From an uncultured Oxalobacteraceae bacterium (GTDB taxonomy: Bacteria; Pseudomonadota; Gammaproteobacteria; Burkholderiales; Burkholderiaceae_D): a stretch of DNA of 64,000 nucleotides. The position numbers and the translations under genes are program-made. This document shows, in pieces, positions 56,526 through 64,000 of this stretch (its first letter is position 1; each line of letters opens with the position of its first letter). Under the pieces are notes generated by a model that ran no database searches, was not told the origin of the DNA, and saw only the letters and a program-made list of their open reading frames with translations. Location of the stretch: NCBI GenBank assembly GCA_903862415.1, contig CAIOYD010000077.1:60454-124453 (forward strand), read 5' to 3'.

Positions 56526-57896
56526 ATGGCAACGAGTTCAATACAAACCCTGCAGCGGGCAGTCAATGCAGCACCGGGGGAAATTTTGCATGCGGTGAGC
56601 CAGCATGCAATCACCTCCCCACTAGATAAACTGGGATTTTTATTCACCCTGGTAAGCGCAGGGTTATTCCCCTGGGGGTACTGGATTTTTCACCAGATTC
56701 AGGATTACTATAAAACCCAGGAAACGTTTGGCTTGATGATTTCCGTCTTAAACACCGACATCAGGAATACGATCAACACTGAGCAAGTGCGAACGCTCAG
56801 GGCGCACTATCCGGACGGAACAGAAGTGCTCTTTACCGAGACCAAAACCACCAGTGGCTACACACTGTCCCCAGAGGTGGATGGCGTCATGGGCGAGGCA
56901 TTTACTTCGGTCACCACGCTGGAAGAATTGAAAGCCAGGTTTGCTCAGGAAATTTTCAACAATTACAAATGCTGCAGCAAAAAATTCAGCACTTCTGCAC
57001 ATCCGATTCCTGCACGTGCCATCATTAAAACCCAGTTAATCACCGCCTGCTGCCAACTGATCGCCAATACCGACATTGATTTACCTGAGAATATTGGCCT
57101 CATTAACGACATGGCGCAAAACTGGGCCGGGCAGTACAACAATATCAATTGCGAAAAGTATCAATTTCACCTGCCGTATTACGATGCCGACCAGCTCATT
57201 GCCAGACTCTGCGTCCGCCACAGTGAAGAATACATCCAGCTAACCTGCACCGGGAACAGCGCAACGTTTAGCTTTTGCAAAATCCGATTTTTAAAAAAAC
57301 TGTTTGCCAATCAAGCGCGGCACATTTTAAACAAGTTGAGAAATGGTGAAAAAGTTTCCCAAAAAGAATTGCAAATTCATGGCTATATGTATAAACGTGC
57401 GCTGGAAAATTTCGGAAAGCCCGACGTTGAGCCCATTGATTTGCAGGTATTACAACAGACCTTAGTTTTTTCTTCACTGACGCTGGAACAGGCGCAAACA
57501 CTGCCAGCGCTGAGGCCGGATGAAATCGCTTTATTGATGCTGATGTCAGGCTGCCGCAATGCCACGCTGTTCCGTGCTCCAAGGCATATCGAAGTGCGCG
57601 CGCACAAGCAGCTCAATATTGAAACAACCAGACAGTTAATTCAAGCCAATTTAATTGCCTGTTATCGGTGCGACAAAAGCAGCCAGAATCAACCGGAGCA
57701 GATTACCGTTGACAAGTTACATCCCATCGTCAGACGGGCATGCAAAGTGACCGGAAGCTATCAAATGCCAACTTGCGGGGAAAGCACAAACATCGATGGT
57801 GCGCCTCTTAGTCAGCAAAAAATTCCGCAGCTACTCTGGCCGGAATATGAGCCATCAAAAAGGCAGGAACTGGCAGAGGATAAAAGCTTTGTATGA
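56526..57896 (+). CDS. Hypothetical protein (456 aa, orphan, one predicted TM near the N-terminus)
   Basis: A good RBS is present (AGGAG 8 nt upstream of the ATG). Composition is AT-richer than the neighbours. I recognise no motif. Confidence 0.5.
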   Translation: MATSSIQTLQRAVNAAPGEILHAVSQHAITSPLDKLGFLFTLVSAGLFPWGYWIFHQIQDYYKTQETFGLMISVLNTDIRNTINTEQVRTLRAHYPDGTEVLFTETKTTSGYTLSPEVDGVMGEAFTSVTTLEELKARFAQEIFNNYKCCSKKFSTSAHPIPARAIIKTQLITACCQLIANTDIDLPENIGLINDMAQNWAGQYNNINCEKYQFHLPYYDADQLIARLCVRHSEEYIQLTCTGNSATFSFCKIRFLKKLFANQARHILNKLRNGEKVSQKELQIHGYMYKRALENFGKPDVEPIDLQVLQQTLVFSSLTLEQAQTLPALRPDEIALLMLMSGCRNATLFRAPRHIEVRAHKQLNIETTRQLIQANLIACYRCDKSSQNQPEQITVDKLHPIVRRACKVTGSYQMPTCGESTNIDGAPLSQQKIPQLLWPEYEPSKRQELAEDKSFV

Positions 57897-57938
57897 GACC
57901 TTGATGTGGCAATACTTAAAAGTAAGGCCTGTACTATT

Positions 57939-58868
57939 TCAACTCTGAATTTCACGCAATGCCAACGCCAGCATGTTGTCGAGTCGCGAATTATCACAGC
58001 ACACAGCGTAGCCTTCACTCCACTGACTGCTGGCCAGATTGCTCAATACCGCTCCGCCGGGCATTTCTATGGCCAGCCTGGCACCCCGTTCCCAGGCCAG
58101 ACGCAAGGTTTCTGACCAGTGCACCTGACGGGACATATTGTTGGCCAGATCGTGCTGAAGTTTGAGCGGATCATAAATGGCCCTGGCCGCGCTGGCACTC
58201 AGATAAATCAGCGTCGGCGGTTTCAGGTCGACTTCGGCAATGGCGTTTTGCATGCTTAGTGCGGCCGCATCAAACAGTTCACAGTGCGAAGGAACGCTGA
58301 CGGTCAAACGTTGAGCTTTGGTCGCGCCGTGCTGCAATGACCGCGCCATGACTTCGTCGAGTGCCTGATCACAACCAGAAATCACCAGCTGGGCCGGCGC
58401 GTTTAAATTGGCCAGATACACCGGATTTTTGGCACCATGAACCTGATTGATGAGTTGTTCCAGTTCCGGACGCTGTAAGCCTGTGATGGCTGCCATGCCG
58501 AAGCCAGTGGGATAAGCCTGCTCCATCAGTGTCGCGCGCAGCTGCACGAGTCGCAGTGCGTCTGCATAATCGAGTGCACCGGCAGCCACTGCCGCCGGAA
58601 ATGCACCGATCGACAAACCGGCCACCATATCCGGGACCACCTGATGGACAGCAAACACACGCGCCATGGCCACTCCGGCGATCAACAGACACAATTGCAC
58701 CGCAACAGTAGATTTCAGACTGTCGGCGTTATCGAATGACAGGCAGTCCCGGCCCAACACCACGCTGGCCTGTGCCAGCGTCTGTGCGACAGCCGGATGC
58801 GCCGGCAAATTGTGCAACATGCCTGGGCGCTGTCCTCCCTGACCGGGAAACATAAATAACAGGCTCAT
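57939..58868 (-). CDS. mdcH: Malonate decarboxylase epsilon subunit (malonyl-CoA:ACP transacylase)
   Basis: It has MSLLFMFPGQGGQ and GLSIGAF (FabD-like). Its ATG overlaps the mdcG stop. Confidence 0.85.
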   Translation of the reverse strand: MSLLFMFPGQGGQRPGMLHNLPAHPAVAQTLAQASVVLGRDCLSFDNADSLKSTVAVQLCLLIAGVAMARVFAVHQVVPDMVAGLSIGAFPAAVAAGALDYADALRLVQLRATLMEQAYPTGFGMAAITGLQRPELEQLINQVHGAKNPVYLANLNAPAQLVISGCDQALDEVMARSLQHGATKAQRLTVSVPSHCELFDAAALSMQNAIAEVDLKPPTLIYLSASAARAIYDPLKLQHDLANNMSRQVHWSETLRLAWERGARLAIEMPGGAVLSNLASSQWSEGYAVCCDNSRLDNMLALALREIQS

Positions 58869-59494
58869 GCCGTTGTACCCCACGGATCTTCCGTGAGCAC
58901 CGGTCCGGCATCGGTTTTGAGTAACACCCGTTGTGCTGTACGCTGCCATTCACTGAAGGCAAAAGCACCCTGTCCAGTATCAATTTGCACATCGATGCAG
59001 CACTGAAAATGCTGCGCCTGCTGCTCAAGTGTATGAAGAAGTTCAATTTGCCCGACCGTTAAGGGCTGTGTCGCTTTGACGACTAAATCCAGATCACTGT
59101 CGGTGCGCAACACTGCCTCTCCGGTCGCCAGAGCAAAGCCGACGCTGCCGGTCGGCCCCCACGGCAGAGCCAGTGCGTTACAGGTTTTAGCGACAGCTTT
59201 CAACAGGCGCACACAATGGAAGACCAACAGTTCAGGATGTTGTTGCCAGCCGGTGACGAGTGATTCCGGAGTAGCACAGAGTGTGGCGCCCTCGCTCAGA
59301 AGGAAGGCGGCATGGCGCAGAGAACGACTGTGGCCACGCAAACCCACCGGCAGCCAGAGGCCATCGGCAGGAGCGCGTCGTATCACAACCGGCCAGGCGG
59401 GGTTGAGCCAGTCAGGCAGAACGGCGACAGCCGAACGCAATCCTGCCGGGCTGGCCGGCCAAATCAAATCATGCGGCCGAAATGCCTGCTGCAT
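58865..59494 (-). CDS. mdcG: Malonate decarboxylase holo-ACP synthase (phosphoribosyl-dephospho-CoA transferase)
   Basis: It is 209 aa and sits between madM and mdcH. It has the typical N-terminus HDLIW... Confidence 0.7.
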   Translation of the reverse strand: MQQAFRPHDLIWPASPAGLRSAVAVLPDWLNPAWPVVIRRAPADGLWLPVGLRGHSRSLRHAAFLLSEGATLCATPESLVTGWQQHPELLVFHCVRLLKAVAKTCNALALPWGPTGSVGFALATGEAVLRTDSDLDLVVKATQPLTVGQIELLHTLEQQAQHFQCCIDVQIDTGQGAFAFSEWQRTAQRVLLKTDAGPVLTEDPWGTTA

Positions 59495-59497
59495 CGT

Positions 59498-60268
59498 TTA
59501 GCTCATGATGGCTTTGGTGGCAAAATACAGGATCGAGGGCCCCATAAAGCAACCCAATCCGGTATGAAACGTGGCTACCAGTGCACCATAAGGCACCAGT
59601 CTGCGGTCAGTTGCAGCCAGTCCTGCGGACACTCCGGAAACTGTACCGGCAAGGCCCCCGAACACCATGGCAGAACGGGGGGTTCTGAGCCCCATGAATT
59701 TCGCCGCAAGCGGTGTGCCTATCATGACCAGAATTGCCTTGAGCAGACCAGTAGCGATGCTCAGTGCCATCACGTCTGAGCTCGCACCAATGGCCGCGCC
59801 TGTGACCGGACCGACAATATACGTGACCGCGCCTGCACCGATGGTGGTCATGCTGACCGCATCCGAATAGCCTAAACTATACGCAATCGATGCGCCGATA
59901 ATAAAAGGAACCACTGTGCCGAGCAACAGGGCCACCACGCCGATCAGTCCGGCTTTACGGGCTTCATGTGGCTGCACTTCGAACGCCGTCGCCACGATGG
60001 CAAAGTCGCGCATCATCGCTCCGCCCATCAAACCGATCCCGGCAAACAGCGACACATCGGCCAGGCCTTTTTGACCACCGGTGACGCTGCCGCCCCAATA
60101 CGCCAGACCCAGGCCGATCAGAATCGCAACGGCTGAACCATGCATGCGGCCAAAAGTCAATTTGCGTGAAATAATGCCGGACAAATATGCGATCAATCCG
60201 ATGAAGGCGAAGGCGGCAATGAGGCCATTTGTCTGAATGGCTTTTTCAAAAATAGCTAACATGGTCAT
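59498..60268 (-). CDS. madM: Malonate transporter subunit MadM
   Basis: It is a 256-aa polytopic membrane protein, paired with a 137-aa membrane protein inside the mdc cluster. Confidence 0.75.
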   Translation of the reverse strand: MTMLAIFEKAIQTNGLIAAFAFIGLIAYLSGIISRKLTFGRMHGSAVAILIGLGLAYWGGSVTGGQKGLADVSLFAGIGLMGGAMMRDFAIVATAFEVQPHEARKAGLIGVVALLLGTVVPFIIGASIAYSLGYSDAVSMTTIGAGAVTYIVGPVTGAAIGASSDVMALSIATGLLKAILVMIGTPLAAKFMGLRTPRSAMVFGGLAGTVSGVSAGLAATDRRLVPYGALVATFHTGLGCFMGPSILYFATKAIMS

Positions 60269-60273
60269 GCTCC

Positions 60274-60687
60274 TTAAGAAACCTGCGGTTTGGTCTGGGT
60301 ATCATCGGAGGCGGCAAACGGGTCCAGATCACTTTTGGGTTCGAAGCGATTAATGGCGGCAATAATACAGGCGCAGGTCACGACCGCAACAATCGCGGCC
60401 AGAATGGCCACATGCCCGCCGCGCAAGGCAGCCACGACATTTTGCTGAGCTGCCATGGCTACGACCACCGGAATATACATCGCTGCCCAGAAGGTCACGC
60501 CCGCTTCCGAGAGCTTAGGCAACAGGCCGCGTGGTTCCATATACATACGCGCGAAAATCAGCAGCATCATCGCTATGCCGACTCCGCCGACGTTAGTCTT
60601 GACTCCGACCAGAGTGCCGAGCAGATCGCCCAGAAATATGCCCAACAGATGGCAGGCGGCCAGCAGTGCGGTTCCGTAAATGATCAT
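60274..60687 (-). CDS. madL: Malonate transporter subunit MadL
   Basis: It is a 137-aa protein with four TM segments, immediately upstream of madM. Confidence 0.75.
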   Translation of the reverse strand: MIIYGTALLAACHLLGIFLGDLLGTLVGVKTNVGGVGIAMMLLIFARMYMEPRGLLPKLSEAGVTFWAAMYIPVVVAMAAQQNVVAALRGGHVAILAAIVAVVTCACIIAAINRFEPKSDLDPFAASDDTQTKPQVS

Positions 60688-60761
60688 GATTGTCTCCTGA
60701 AGTAATGTCGTGGGTTACATTTTTAATTATTGTGAATTTATATGTCTTTGCATGTCTGCTT

Positions 60762-61601
60762 TTATCCTGTCATAGGAAGCTCCCGGTTCCATTGTTCGCG
60801 CAACAGTTCGCGCACCCGTTTCGATGCCAGGCGGTGTGGCGCACCCAGACGCTTGCTCAGGTCATGCTGAGTTTCAGCGTCAATCTCAGCCAACATCGCC
60901 AGCAGACACTGTCTGACCTGATCAACAGTGACAGCATCCGGTGCATCAGGATCAGGTATCGACAGAGAGGCCGACAACAATCCAAGCGAAGCGAAATTTT
61001 TAATATCGTAAGCCATAGGTGGAATGGTTTCGGCCAGTGCTGTGAGCGCTTCTACCGAACGCAGCGTAATGCGCGCTGCCGATTCCTTGCCCATGGCATG
61101 CACCATCACCCGGGGATCATCAAAAGCGATGATCCGATTAGCCTGATAACCGTGTGCCAGAAATGCACCTGACATGGCCTTGCCGACGATCAGTGCAATG
61201 ACCGGATGACCGGCCAGACGCGCCGTGGCATAGGCACCCGCAGCCGCCGCAAGCGCCAGATGGATGCCATAAGCTTCTTCACGTCGTCCATAAGCCTGAC
61301 TGGGCACATCGACGATGGCAATGATCGGTGTTTTGACAGCGTTATTTTTATCCGCCGCCACCACCTCCTGAACTGCACGCGCGAGCTGCCAGCCTTCGAT
61401 CAAACCAACTTCGCCATGGCGCGCACGCACAAAGCGATTGTGGCTATCAGTGACCACGGCAATGAAGCGCAGCGGGCGACCATTGAGCAGACCGTCTGCT
61501 ACCTGCAATGAAGCCGGATAACCGCTTTGCGCTGCGCCTGCGAGCGCTGCAAACCAAACTTTGCCACGCTGCGGAATGTTGTTGTCAGCATTCATATTCA
61601 T
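60762..61601 (-). CDS. mdcE: Malonate decarboxylase gamma subunit
   Basis: It has the carboxyltransferase-like sequence IIAIVDVPSQAYGRREEAYGIHLALA...GKAMSGAFLAHG. It overlaps the mdcD stop. Confidence 0.85.
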   Translation of the reverse strand: MNMNADNNIPQRGKVWFAALAGAAQSGYPASLQVADGLLNGRPLRFIAVVTDSHNRFVRARHGEVGLIEGWQLARAVQEVVAADKNNAVKTPIIAIVDVPSQAYGRREEAYGIHLALAAAAGAYATARLAGHPVIALIVGKAMSGAFLAHGYQANRIIAFDDPRVMVHAMGKESAARITLRSVEALTALAETIPPMAYDIKNFASLGLLSASLSIPDPDAPDAVTVDQVRQCLLAMLAEIDAETQHDLSKRLGAPHRLASKRVRELLREQWNRELPMTG

Positions 61602-62464
61602 GCACCTCCCTGACTGTAAATCGACTGCGCCATGGCCGCTGTAGCCTGGGTGTCAGCATCGACAGCCGCCAGCGCGGTAAGAAACCGGTCTGTCTGAGCA
61701 CTGCGATGTAATTCCGGTATGCCACGTGCGAGCAGTTGAGCAATGTGTGTACGAATCTGCTCAACATCATCATCGGCGAGCACATCCACCAACCCCGACA
61801 GCGAACGCTGTTCACCGCCGGTCATGCTCCAGATAAAACGGCGGTCACGCGAGTCGTATTCGGCAATCCCGGCTTCCTGCTCAATCACGGCAGGTCCGTT
61901 GAGTCCGATGCGTGCTTCACGCGTGACGATTAAATAACTGCACAGCGCAGCGGCAATCGACATGCCACCAAAACAACCCACCGTGCCGGCAACAATGCCG
62001 ATCACCGGTTGATAACGCCGTAAATCGACAATTGCCGCATGAATTTCAGCAATCGCTGCCAGTCCGAGATTGGCTTCCTGCAGGCGTACCCCACCGGTTT
62101 CAAACAGGATTACCGCCATGGTGGGAATGCCGTTGCGGTTATCCCGGGCTGCCAGTTCAAGCGCACCGGCAATTTTTGCGCCGCCTACTTCCCCAAGACT
62201 GCCGCCCTGAAATGCTCCTTCAATGGCCAGCACCACACAGGACTGGCCGTTAAAACGACCTTTAGCAACAACCACGCCATCGTCCGATTGCGTGACCACA
62301 CCCTGCTGTGCCAGCCATGGTGAACACATTCGATCAAACGGGCCGATCAGTTCGCGCATCGTTCCGGCATCCAGGATTTGTTTGCTGCGTTCGCGCGCAC
62401 CGAGTTCAATAAAACTGTTCTGACTGAGCAGACTGGCGAGTCTGGTTTGCTGATTGGTATTCAT
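61598..62464 (-). CDS. mdcD: Malonate decarboxylase beta subunit
   Basis: It has VVLAIEGAFQGGSLGEVGGAKI and GIVAGTVGCFGGMSIAA (carboxyltransferase). Confidence 0.85.
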   Translation of the reverse strand: MNTNQQTRLASLLSQNSFIELGARERSKQILDAGTMRELIGPFDRMCSPWLAQQGVVTQSDDGVVVAKGRFNGQSCVVLAIEGAFQGGSLGEVGGAKIAGALELAARDNRNGIPTMAVILFETGGVRLQEANLGLAAIAEIHAAIVDLRRYQPVIGIVAGTVGCFGGMSIAAALCSYLIVTREARIGLNGPAVIEQEAGIAEYDSRDRRFIWSMTGGEQRSLSGLVDVLADDDVEQIRTHIAQLLARGIPELHRSAQTDRFLTALAAVDADTQATAAMAQSIYSQGGA

Positions 62465-62477
62465 GTTTTTTCACCCG

Positions 62478-62789
62478 TTATTGGTCTGACAGTCCAAGTT
62501 CTTCCAGTGCCTGTTCCAGCCGCAGGCGTACCACTCCGGGCGTTGCACCAAAGTCATTGATATCAATACGCATACCAGGTAAGGTGCCGGAGGAAAACAG
62601 ACGCTGCATCAAGGCTTGCCAGATTGAACCCATTCCATCAACTGAAGTACAAATCTGAATCAGGATCAGGTCATCATGTGGCTCAACCAGCACTTCCAGA
62701 TCACCCGAACCGACCACGCCAACGAGTACCTTCTGCAGCAACATCGGAGACTGTTTGCAAGCTGTAAATTCATAGGAGAGATTTTCCAC
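62478..62789 (-). CDS. mdcC: Malonate decarboxylase acyl carrier protein (delta subunit)
   Basis: It is 103 aa and contains VGVVGSGDLEVLVEP, with the prosthetic-group Ser. Confidence 0.85.
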   Translation of the reverse strand: MENLSYEFTACKQSPMLLQKVLVGVVGSGDLEVLVEPHDDLILIQICTSVDGMGSIWQALMQRLFSSGTLPGMRIDINDFGATPGVVRLRLEQALEELGLSDQ

Positions 62790-63662
62790 TCAGGCACCCG
62801 TTTGATTGAGTTGATCGAGGAACAGTGCGGCAGCGAGCATGTCGGCGGCACCACCGGGTGAAATACAGCGCTCCAGCATAGTCTGCGACAAATTTTTGTA
62901 AGCCACTTTACCAGCTTTACTGTCGCAGCCACCCAAACTCAACACCCGCTGCGCACCATCCTGCACCAGTTGCAAGGCAGGCAATCCACCGCGTGACAAC
63001 ACGCAGGTATCGTCGAGTTGTGCCATCACAGCCAGCAACCCATTCAGACGCGCAGCCGATTCACCTGCGCCGCGTAAGCGGGAACTGTGCAACTGCGGCA
63101 AAGCCGCCTGCAGCACCAGCGGAAATCCGTTATACGCCTGCATCCGTGCGCCACCAACCTGATAGGTTTTGCAGGCCAGCTCGCCCTTATTACCGGTCCT
63201 CGTCGGTGCATGGCAATCGTGAATCTGCGCCAGCCGTGCAGCACGGACAGCGACGCTGACAGCACTGACATCGACCAGATATTGTGCTGCCGCCGTGACC
63301 AGCAAACCCAGAGCCCAGATCGCACCGCGATGAGTATTGACTCCGCCGGTACACTCCATCATGCGCGTCTCACCACAACGACCCAGCCATCCTATGGTCT
63401 GACGCAATTGCAACGGGTCCTCTATCGTCATACCCGCTTCGGCCATGGCCATAAACGTAGCATGCAGCGCCTGAGCTGAATCGCACATCAGGGTCCAGCT
63501 CAAATCGGTATGTGCACCACGTCCGGACAGATCAACGAGTCCCGGCTTGGGTGTCAGCGTAGCTTCAGCAATCAATGCCGCCACCACCTGATCGGCCAGA
63601 CAGTGTGCCGTCGAATACGACACTTTGTCCAGGCGTGAGGAAATCTTCTCAAGTAGTTGCAT
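62790..63662 (-). CDS. mdcB: Triphosphoribosyl-dephospho-CoA synthase
   Basis: It is 290 aa and CitG/MdcB-like (TPKPGLVD, VNTHRGAIW). Confidence 0.85.
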   Translation of the reverse strand: MQLLEKISSRLDKVSYSTAHCLADQVVAALIAEATLTPKPGLVDLSGRGAHTDLSWTLMCDSAQALHATFMAMAEAGMTIEDPLQLRQTIGWLGRCGETRMMECTGGVNTHRGAIWALGLLVTAAAQYLVDVSAVSVAVRAARLAQIHDCHAPTRTGNKGELACKTYQVGGARMQAYNGFPLVLQAALPQLHSSRLRGAGESAARLNGLLAVMAQLDDTCVLSRGGLPALQLVQDGAQRVLSLGGCDSKAGKVAYKNLSQTMLERCISPGGAADMLAAALFLDQLNQTGA

Positions 63663-64000
63663 TACCAGCTCCTGAATTTGGCCGGAGGATCATACAGACC
63701 ATCCGACCAGGTCACTAATTCGGCCACGCTTTTTGCCGCCAGCAAAGAACGGGTTGCCTGATTACGATTGACGCCCATATCCTGTGGCAGCGCAATCTTG
63801 CCTTGCTGTCGCAGTCGCGAGGTGGTTTTCGGGTCAGCACGCATTCCTACCGGTGTGACTCCTGCCACGGCAGAAACCATGGCCCGGCGCTCATCGAGCG
63901 ACTCTGCTTTATATAAATAGGCGATGCCTTCTTCGGTCAGCACGTGCGTGACGTCGTCACCGTAAATCATTACCGGCGCTATCGGCATGCCGGAATCTTT
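63662..64000 (-). CDS. mdcA: Malonate decarboxylase alpha subunit, C-terminal part (N-terminus beyond the right window edge)
   Basis: The C-terminal sequence is ...VTHVLTEEGIAYLYKAESLDERRAMVSAVAG...WSDGLYDPPAKFRSW. Its stop overlaps the mdcB start, and the ORF remains open to the window edge. Confidence 0.8.
   Translation of the reverse strand, partial: KDSGMPIAPVMIYGDDVTHVLTEEGIAYLYKAESLDERRAMVSAVAGVTPVGMRADPKTTSRLRQQGKIALPQDMGVNRNQATRSLLAAKSVAELVTWSDGLYDPPAKFRSW

Overview
The window looks like a chromosomal segment of a Gram-negative proteobacterium, probably beta- or gammaproteobacterial, with roughly 50-55 % GC by eye. It is almost fully coding. I saw no rRNA, CRISPR array, transposase or integrase. 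All calls come from reading the ORF translations and the DNA by eye, with no searches run.

Layout, left to right:
- 1-4.6 kb: scpB 3' part, initiator tRNA-fMet, a NUDIX hydrolase, HD-GYP protein 1 and a degenerate UDG-like gene.
- 4.6-15.7 kb: a complete type II secretion operon on the minus strand, in the order gspG-H-I-J-K-L-M-N-D-E-F-C.
- 15.8-19.0 kb: a second HD-GYP protein followed by a cytoplasmic PAS histidine kinase.
- 19.0-20.8 kb: a small AT-rich islet carrying the mobile mystery protein A/B (XRE/Fic) pair and a Doc-toxin remnant.
- 20.8-31.0 kb: the most unusual region. A five-gene minus-strand operon encodes a dihaem-b-like membrane protein, a 24-CxxCH cytochrome, a 32(+1)-CxxCH cytochrome, an AMIN-TPR-beta-barrel outer-membrane protein and a CcmI-like TPR protein. 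A membrane-anchored ferredoxin/flavoprotein oxidoreductase is transcribed divergently. I read this as a candidate trans-envelope (porin-cytochrome-like) electron conduit.
- 31.3-32.6 kb: two AT-rich orphan genes, a SycD/LcrH-like TPR protein and a small two-TM protein.
- 32.7-33.7 kb: class I DAHP synthase.
- 33.9-48.9 kb: an MSHA-like type IV pilus or secretion cluster (mshM/L/N/E/G-like genes, three unassigned assembly proteins, three prepilin-type proteins). It is bracketed and interrupted by a split ABC-2 transporter.
- 49.0-54.6 kb: leucine/isovalerate catabolism genes in liuABCD order.
- 54.8-57.9 kb: a BKACE-family enzyme, a TetR regulator and a 456-aa orphan.
- 57.9-64.0 kb: a malonate decarboxylase cluster (mdcA'BCDE-madLM-mdcGH).

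Four copies of a REP-like palindromic element mark operon boundaries.
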